From Eledone cirrhosa (taxonomy: Eukaryota), in the NCBI GenBank assembly GCA_964016885.1, contig OZ024758.1, positions 9,238,001-9,302,000 of the forward strand: 64,000 nucleotides of DNA, written 5' to 3'. A program made the position numbers and the translations under genes. Every line of letters begins with the position of its first letter. Within the stretch, counting starts at the first letter, position 1. Under the pieces are notes generated by a model that ran no database searches, was not told the DNA's origin, and saw only the letters and a list, made by a program, of their open reading frames with translations. Shown here piece after piece: positions 55,401 to 64,000 of the stretch.

Positions 55401-56777
55401 AGAGAAGAGCTTTGTATAATAAAACCAGGGCAGTTTCAGGCAGTTTGGTATCAAAAGGGTTAAAGATTTCCCTTTTTATGGAACAAGTTAGTCTGATGGA
55501 GAAGATGTTTCTCTATTAAATTCAGCTAAAAGCATAATGTGTATCTGAATTGTAATACCTCCAACCAGGATGGTATTCATTAAGTGGTGCTTACTGCCAT
55601 TTTATGGTGCTTGAACATCAGAAAATACCCTTCCACATACATTCTGCCATTGAGTGAACTCAGGTGCCTAGTGATCATGTAAAAGTCTATATAGGATTCT
55701 CTAGGAAATGGTGTGTTGGAACAGTTTCCTGTTGCTTTTATGATGTAGAGTAAAGTCTACACTTGTTCTCACAATATCTGTGCCAATTTTGACACATGAA
55801 ATTAGAATGTTATTGCTCTAAGACTTAAAGAAATGTAATGGATTTAACACACAGGCTATTTAGATTTTACTTTAAAAAATATTCATACAACCATTTTATC
55901 TCTACATGATCAACCATCAATCATCTATTCAATATAGTTATTATATTTATTCACAGAAGCTACCACAGTGACCGCTAACAATTTTATTAACAACAGCAAG
56001 TATATAAATAATTGATATATTAAATATATTAAGTCTTCAGCATTTAAACCGGCTGTATCCGGCCAGAATTCACTCACCTCTTTCTCTTCAAACCGGCTGT
56101 AACTGGCCATTTATACTGAATTATTTATTTCTCAAAATAAATAATATCAAAATCTCATAGATTTGATATTATATGAGATAATTATGTGAGCCTTTATCAT
56201 GAAAATATAATAGTAAATATAAAGTAATGTAAATGTTAAAGGGTTAAATATGAAATGACAAGCTCAATAGATGAATAATTACAGCAGCTAGAGTTTGACT
56301 TATGGGTTAGGAGATCTGATTGCATTATCAGTGGTGTGTAAAACACTGATAATACAATCAGATAATACAATGTGTAAAACATTGATCAATGCCCTCAAAT
56401 CTACTCTCCTAAGATTTCATAGTTAATTAATAACTCCTGATAATTACTATTAGTCAACAACTACTAAGTTGTAGGGTTGGCTGAAAAGATCATAGGCTGA
56501 GAAGTTCACAGGCTGAAAAGTTCATATACTGACCAAGATACTCTCATGGAATGACTAAATGAGGTTTATTTTTCAACATAGTCCTTGGAAAGAAACAATA
56601 CACTTATTGATAAGAAGAGTTGAAATTAATGCATATAAGATTTCACAGCTCTATCATCACTTCTTCATAGTCAGTCTATGAACTTTACAGTCAACCCTCA
56701 TATGTTGATATACTGCTGCTGTATTATCAGAACATGTGTTTAGATGACACAAACCAATTATATTGAGATTTAGCTCA

Positions 56778-57235
56778 CATACACTCACACAGTTATACTT
56801 ACACATACACACACACACAGCTATACTCACACATACACACACACACAGCTATACTCACACACACACTCACAGCTATACTTACACATACACACACACACAC
56901 AGCTATACTCACATACACACTCACAGCTATACTCACACACACACTCACAGCTATACTTACACATACACACACACACACAGCTATACTCATATACACACTC
57001 ATAGCTATACTCACACTCCCCCTCACAGCTATACCCCCCCCCAGCTCTACTCACCCTCCCTCAGCTATACTTACACTCCCTCTCACAGCTATAACCCCCC
57101 CCCTCTCAGCTATACACCCCTCACAACTATACCCCCCTCCCTCAGCTATACGCCCCACCCCACAGCTACACGTCCCTCAGCCATACCCCCCCTCTCAGCT
57201 ATACCCCTCCCCAGCTATAACCCCCCCCTCACACC
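56778..57235. repeat. Degenerating CAGCTATAC-(CA)n/(C)n tandem repeat
   Basis: Recurrent CAGCTATAC cores whose spacers grade from CA-rich to C-rich. Confidence 0.85.
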
Positions 57236-57294
57236 ACAACTAAAATAAATAATCACTCACTAAGACCTATGGACTCCAACATGATAATAATAGT

Positions 57295-57487
57295 GATAAT
57301 AATATTTCTTCTTTTGGTACAAGGCCAGCAATTACCCCAGTGCACCACTGGTACTTTATTTTATCGACCTCGTAAGGAGGAAAGGCAAAGTTAACCTTGG
57401 TGGGATTTGAACTCAGAATGCAAAGGGCCATAACTCTGCTGCAAAACATGGTGTCTGACGCTCTACCGATACTGCCAAACCACCGCC
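57295..57487 (-). mobile_element. SINE family 1 copy, followed by a fold-back SINE fragment (57488-57640)
   Basis: Reverse complement of the SINE family 1 sequence seen at 50711. Confidence 0.8.
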
Positions 57488-57718
57488 ATTTCTTTTTTTG
57501 ACACAAGGCTAGCAATTATCCCAGTGTATTACTGGTACTTTATTTTATCGACCCTGTAAGGATGAAAGGCAAAGTTAACCTTTCATCCTTACCAGGTCAA
57601 TAAAATAAAGTACCTGTAATGCACTGGGGTAATAATAATAACATGGTTGTGGTTACCTGCTCAAAATAAACCGATAAAAATAGATTAATAAAGATGGCAG
57701 CTCAATTGATGAGGGAGT

Positions 57719-59546
57719 CCCATGAGGTAGGGTGGCTGTTGTAGCAGGTGTCTCTGGCCAGGAGCCCCATGAAGTAGGGTGGCTGTTGTAGCAGGTGTCT
57801 CTGGCCAGGAGCCCCATGAAGTAGGGTGGCTGTTGTAGTAGGTGTCTCTGGCCAGGAGCCCCATGAAGTAGGGTGGCTGTTGTAGTAGGTGTCTCTGGCC
57901 AGGAGCCCCATGAGGTAGGGTGGCTGTTGTAGCAGGTGTCTCTGGCCAGGCACCCCATGAAGTAGGGTGGCTGTTGTAGTAGGTGTCTCTGGCCAGGCAC
58001 CCCATGAAGTAGGGTGGCTGTTGTAGTAGGTGTCTCTGGCCAGGAGCCCCATGAAGTAGGGTGGCTGTTGTAGTAGGTGTCTCTGGCCAGGAGCCCCATG
58101 AAGTAGGGTGGCTGTTGTAGTAGGTGTCTCTGGCCAGGAGCCCCATGAAGTAGGGTGGCTGTTGTAGTAGGTGTCTCTGGCCAGGCACCCCATGAAGTAG
58201 GGTGGCTGTTGTAGTAGGTGTCTCTGGCCAGGAGCCCCATGAGGTAGGGTGGCTGTTGTAGTAGGTGTCTCTGGCCAGGCACCCCATGAAGTAGGGTGGC
58301 TGTTGTAGCTGGTGTCTCTGGCCAGGCACCCCATGAAGTAGGGTGGCTGTTGTAGTAGGTGTCTCTGGCCAGGAGCCCCATGAAGTAGGGTGGCTGTTGT
58401 AGCAGGTGTCTCTGGCCAGGCACCCCATGAAGTAGGGTGGCTGTTGTAGCAGGTGTCTCTGGCCAGGCACCCCATGAAGTAGGGTGGCTGTTGTAGTAGG
58501 TGTCTCTGGCCAGGAGCCCCATGAGGTAGGGTGGCTGTTGTAGCTGGTGTCTCTGGCCAGGCACCCCATGAAGTAGGGTGGCTGTTGTAGTAGGTGTTTC
58601 TGGCCAGGAGCCCCATGAGGTAGGGTGGCTGTTGTAGTAGGTGTCTCTGGCCAGGAGCCCCATGAAGTAGGGTGGCTGTTGTAGTAGGTGTTTCTGGCCA
58701 GGCACCCCATGAGGTAGGGTGGCTGTTGTAGCTGGTGTCTCTGGCCAGGCACCCCATGAGGTAGGGTGGCTGTTGTAGCTGGTGTCTCTGGCCAGGCACC
58801 CCATGAAGTAGGGTGGCTGTTGTAGTAGGTGTTTCTGGCCAGGAGCCCCATGAGGTAGGGTGGCTGTTGTAGTAGGTGTCTCTGGCCAGGAGCCCCATGA
58901 AGTAGGGTGGCTGTTGTAGTAGGTGTCTCTGGCCAGGAGCCCCATGAGGTAGGGTGGCTGTTGTAGCTGGTGTCTCTGGCCAGGAGCCCCATGAGGTAGG
59001 GTGGCTGTTGTAGCTGGTGTCTCTGGCCAGGCACCCCATGAAGTAGGGTGGCTGTTGTAGCTGGTGTCTCTGGCCAGGAGCCCCATGAAGTAGGGTGGCT
59101 GTTGTAGTAGGTGTCTCTGGCCAGGAGCCCCATGAGGTAGGGTGGCTGTTGTAGTAGGTGTCTCTGGCCAGGAGCCCCATGAGGTAGGGTGGCTGTTGTA
59201 GCTGGTGTCTCCGGCCAGGCACCCCATGAAGTAGGGTGGCTGTTGTAGTAGGTGTCTCTGGCCAGGCACCCCATGAAGTAGGGTGGCTGTTGTAGTAGGT
59301 GTCTCTGGCCAGGAACCCCATGAGGTAGGGTGGCTGTTGTAGTAGGTGTCTCTGGCCAGGAGCCCCATGAGGTAGGGTGGCTGTTGTAGCAGGTGTCTCT
59401 GGCCAGGAGCCCCATGAGGTAGGGTGGCTGTTGTAGCTGGTGTCTCTGGCCAGGAGCCCCATGAGGTAGGGTGGCTGTTGTAGCTGGTGTCTCTGGCCAG
59501 GAGCCCCATGAGGTAGGGTGGCTGTTGTAGCTGGTGTCTCTGGCCA
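57719..59546. repeat. 47-bp GC-rich minisatellite, 39 copies
   Basis: The unit is CCATGARGTAGGGTGGCTGTTGTAGYWGGTGTCTCTGGCCAGG(AG/CA)CC. CATG at 57721 and 59507 are exactly 38x47 apart. Confidence 0.95.
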
Positions 59547-60433
59547 TTCTCAGCAATATGGCTTTTGCAGATCTGTCTGTGGGGCGTGGCTGAGGTACCT
59601 TTCAGACTGGGCTGTAGTGTTTGTCCCTGCCCCTCTCTGTGGGGCGTGACTGAGGTACTGTTCAGACTGGGTTGTAGTATCTGTGGGTCGTGGCTGAGGC
59701 ACCTCTCAGACTAGGCTGTAGTGTCTACCCCCCTCTCGCTCTCTTTTGTTGCTTGATCCTTCTTTCTTTTTCTCCTTTTCATTTTCTACCTCTTCTTCCT
59801 TTTCTGTTCCCATTAGTCGTATAAGTTGAGTTAGAAACTGCTCAATTATTCTTATACAATGTCAATGGCTTTTCATGACATGGCCAGATTAGACAATAAC
59901 TATCCATTGTCATAGCATTTATAATCCTTTTTAATACTACTTTCTTTTTATATGTTTGACTAAATATTAAATTCTTTATTATTTTTATGTAATTTTATCC
60001 TAGAAATATATTTTAGTATTTTAAGTAAATAAAATTTTCTGAGTATTCTGTTCTAAACAAAAAAAAAAAAATGAATAAATAAACAACAAAACATATTTAA
60101 TAAAAAAAAACTTCTAGGAATTATTTGTTTATAGCTTTTTTAACAATTTAGTTACTAACCCAGCCAAAAAGCAGCTCAAAGTGTATTTCTTTAGAAATGT
60201 AGTCATAAAAAGGTTAATGACCATGGTAGGCTGATGAACCTCTGGGGAAACGCCTTCTCCATTCTGTCCGCCGGGGCTGTGGGTGGGCCCCATCGCGGCG
60301 TACCATACCATTGTAGTTGTAGAAGAAACAGGAAGACAACAACTGGAAACTTTGATTTTCTACTTAATATGTTGTCTTTATCTTTCAGTTCCTTTCCTTT
60401 CTCCTAAACTGCAGTTAGCCAACAGATAATACT

Positions 60434-60651
60434 AGTATACTGTAATAATTGTTTCTACTTTAGGCACAAGGCCAGCAATTATCCCAGTGCATTACTGGTA
60501 CTTTATTTTATCGACCCCGTAAGGATGAAAGGCAAAGTTAACCTCGGTGGGATTTGAACTCAGATCATAAAGGGATGTAACTATGCTGGAAAGCATGGCG
60601 TCCGACCCTCTACCGATACTGCCAATCCACCGCCCAGTATACTGTAATAAT
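60434..60651 (-). mobile_element. SINE family 1 copy with TSD AGTATACTGTAATAAT
   Basis: Full-length reverse copy. The TSD sequence continues as a 19-bp tandem repeat to about 60700. Confidence 0.85.
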
Positions 60652-61389
60652 ACTAGTATACTGTAATAATACTAGTATACTGTAATAATACTAGTATACT
60701 GACCTACTTTCCCCTCCTACCACAACCACCCTTACTTGCTCTTCTCACTCTTTATCTTTCTATTTCATCTTTTATTTCGCATTCTATCTTCTGATGAAGG
60801 ACTAGTTATTTCAAACATTAAACTAATATATATCTTCATTGTACTGTGTCATTTGCTTTGTTTTATCTGTTTACTTTTTACTCACACACACACACATGTA
60901 TATCATGACTCATACACTATTCACTTCCCTGACATTTGTGTATTATTCTATGCACTATACATGCACCTTTGACGAGTTGTAGTGCACCTGAGCACTTTAC
61001 ACAATAATTTCATTATTATTATTATATATTCAGCACCATCATATAATGGCAGTTTTCCTTGCTAGCAAGGGTTGGGCAGGACTTGTTTAAATATCGTCCC
61101 TTGTTCTACTGAGTGTCTTATATATATATATATATATACATTTACACTGTAAAGTGGTTGGTGTTAGGGAGAACATCCAGCTGTAGAGAGCTTGCCAAGC
61201 AAGGGGTTAGGAGGATCCTTCAGTTTGTGTCAAAATACTACTTTTCCTCTGCACTTGATAATGACCATACGTAAGTGGGATACAGACCTTCTCAGCCTGT
61301 CTGGGACATCAGTGGCCCCGTTTCAGTACTGACTTGGTCTATGTAGACCTGTCCAACCCTTGCTAACAGGGAAAGTGGATATTAAATGA

Positions 61390-61427
<38 letters not shown>

Positions 61428-61659
61428 GAAGTAATTCCGTCGGAAAGGTCCAGGAAAAAAGAGTGCTCTATGTAGGTTACAGAGCTTATTAGTTATGTAA
61501 TAAACAACATATGTTGTTTATTACATAACTATATATATATATATATATATATATAGGAACGAGTAGGACCTACTCGTTCCTATTACCCACTCTACTACCC
61601 TAAGTATTGAGTACTTTGGTGCGTTATGGTCCACCTGGTTCCTTACCACATTTCCTTCG

Positions 61660-61711
<52 letters not shown>

Positions 61712-62101
61712 TGGACCCTTAGGTAATAATGAATCTGATTCATCTTTTCTGGTTCTGTGGGTTTATATTCCCCGTTATTATTGGGCTAATGGTGAGGCCC
61801 ATCTTTTCCTAAAGTGGGTTATACAGCCCATCTTTTCCTAAAGTAGGTTATACAGCCCATCTTTTCCTAAAGTGGGTTATACGGCCCATCATTATTGGAC
61901 TATTTTATTTAGTTAAAATTATGTCGAAACCTAATTCAATTTACAAATTCCGTTTGCCGTTTTTAAAATCTATCTTATGAAGTTAAAAATAATAACTATA
62001 AACTAATCATTTAATTAAACTCATAGGTTCAATCTGTATGGTATGTGATCTAAGGGAAATAATTCAATACTTTCGTGCATTCCAATAAGGAAATTACATA
62101 T

Positions 62102-62329
62102 TTAACCCTTTACCATTCACATTATTTTATATATACTATTATATTTTCATGGTAAAGGCTTTACCTCACATAATTATCTCACATAATATCGAATCTATGA
62201 GATTTTGAAAGTATTTATTTTGAGAACAATACTTTAACATCAGTTTGAGCGACCAGTTACAGCCAGTTTCAACAAAAAGAGGTAGAGAATTCTGGCCGGT
62301 TTGGGCCGGTTTGAACAATAAAGGGTTAA
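62102..62329. mobile_element. TTAA (piggyBac-like) MITE; sister copies at 63723-63909, about 56030-56247, about 33495-33720 and 17841-18053
   Basis: TTAACCCTTT...AAAGGGTTAA termini and shared internal sequence. Confidence 0.78.
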
Positions 62330-64000
62330 AAGAAAAAAATGATAACATCATAATAATTGAAAAATCAAATCATTTCTTGCATTTAGTAGGCTGTTTAGCT
62401 AAAGTAAAGGAAAACAGTGTGTTGAGAAGGAAGGAAATTAGGAAGGTCGGGGGAAAAGTTCATAGGCTGACTATGAAGGATTGCTGCTAGAGCTGTGAAA
62501 TCTTGCATTAATTTTAACTTTCTTATTAATAGGGACTATGTTGAAGAAATAACCCTCATTTGGTCATTCCATGAAAGTATCTTGGTCAGCCTATGAACTT
62601 TACAGCAGACCCTAGTATTTAGAAGTTTAGTTATCCTTTCTGTGTTTCTTAGGACTACAGTAAGAGAATTATCTGGATCAACTCTTGGATGTGCTATATA
62701 GTCTTGGGTCTCAAATAATGCCCCTCGCCACACCACCCACTTATTAATTTGTCAGATTTTTTCCAATCTATCCTGGTGAAATTATATTTTAAGTGGTAGC
62801 ATTCCTGCAACAATTTTCTTAATACATTAAAAATCATTATACATGACAAAAAAAGTACATTACTATACTAAAAATCCCATATGTTATAAAATAAATAGGA
62901 TGGGTTGGAGTCTCAATATGTAAACTAAACGACTAATTCTGGTTTTTAAAAAAATCAATAGCGACAACCTAGAAAAATGACACCTCCCGCCTATTCCAAG
63001 CCCCTACTATTTGGGACCTGAGAGAAAGATTAGGTTAGAGCATTTGATCAAAGAGTTTGAAATTAAAAAGTAAGAGAAAACTTTTCAAATATGAAAATAA
63101 CTATTTTTTCCGGCCTGTAGCATTGAAGAAGTTTGGTGGAGCTGGGTTGCTGTCAACGAAGTCCTTGTCATCGTTAGCGACTTGCCTTGCCAAGGTGTCA
63201 GGTGATACACGTGAGGGTGCTTCGTTGTTCCAGTGCCTAAGCCTCGCCATCATCTGCGGTAATGCTGCCAGCATGTTGGCTTGCCTCAAATGTTTCTGAT
63301 AACCCTGGTTGTATGTCACCGATTAACACATTTAGTGTTGAACTGATGTTTTTTTTTTGTTTTTTCTCTTGCTTTGGTTATATATTTTTGTGTATTATAA
63401 GGTACCTAGCAATAATTAATTGTATATATAAAATAATGTGGAAGTATATATATTTTGTTGCTCACCCCAAGCAAGACGATAAAGCCACACAAATGAAAGG
63501 AGTTTCTGAGAAGGACAAAACAGAAAGAAAGTAATTGAAGGAGAGAGATAACGATCGATGTTGAAGTTTTGCAAATTGTAGTTGTCAGGAAAGCAAGATG
63601 CTGGAAGAAAATTCTATTGGTAAGATGTATGTGGGAAGAAGCTATCAGAATAGAATTTGCAATTATAGTTAGGAACTTCAACTGTAAATGAATGAGACTT
63701 AGCTGCCAATCTGGTGCTCCATTTAACCCTTTAGTATTTACATTACTCTATATTTACTATTGTATTTTCACATAATATCGAATCTATGAGATTTTGATAT
63801 TATTTATTTTGAGGATAATACCTTAACATCAGTATGGGCTGCTGGTTTGAACAGAAAGAGGTGAGAGAACTCTGACTCGATAAGGCTGGTTTAAATGCTA
63901 AAGGGTTAAACTTGTGAAGACGAAGCAACAAAGAAGAAAGCTAATCAGAAAAATTCCCATGAAAATATTTATAAAAAAGGTAGAAAAGCAAGATTTCAAC

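Noticed and set aside
57653-59556. Three ~600-aa ORFs or a CRISPR-like array
   Set aside because: The 47-bp units are contiguous with no unique spacers, and there are no cas genes. The ORFs follow automatically from a stop-free unit whose length is not a multiple of 3.
60792-60817. Minimal hammerhead-like CTGATGA..AAAC
   Set aside because: It lacks the required GAAA core (reads TCAAAC) and a convincing stem II. At most it is a decayed repeat-associated motif.

Overview
AT-rich, repeat-dense eukaryotic (animal) genomic DNA. The SINE, LINE and MITE families look like those of coleoid cephalopods (Octopus-like); this is my inference, not a search result. The only host genes I can support are two paralogous ADF/cofilin genes facing each other tail-to-tail. 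Gene A is on + (exons 1436-1728 and 13302-13458) and gene B is on - (exons 46200-45908 and 31820-31664). Both encode 149 aa, have identical exon lengths (293+157 nt) and share a phase-2 intron in the Trp codon of WCP. The proteins are only about 59% identical (88/149, hand count), yet a 388-bp promoter/5'UTR block is about 99% identical between them. That block forms an inverted repeat bracketing about 45 kb, which suggests promoter-restricted gene conversion and a potentially invertible segment. The rest of the window holds RTE-clade LINE fragments (two with twin-priming-like inversions), a DD37 Tc1/mariner relic, two tRNA-derived SINE families, and TTAA, mariner-like and hAT-like MITEs. It also holds long AC/AT microsatellites, several small palindromes at (TA)n tracts and a 47-bp x39 minisatellite. 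There is no CRISPR array, rRNA or bona fide tRNA.
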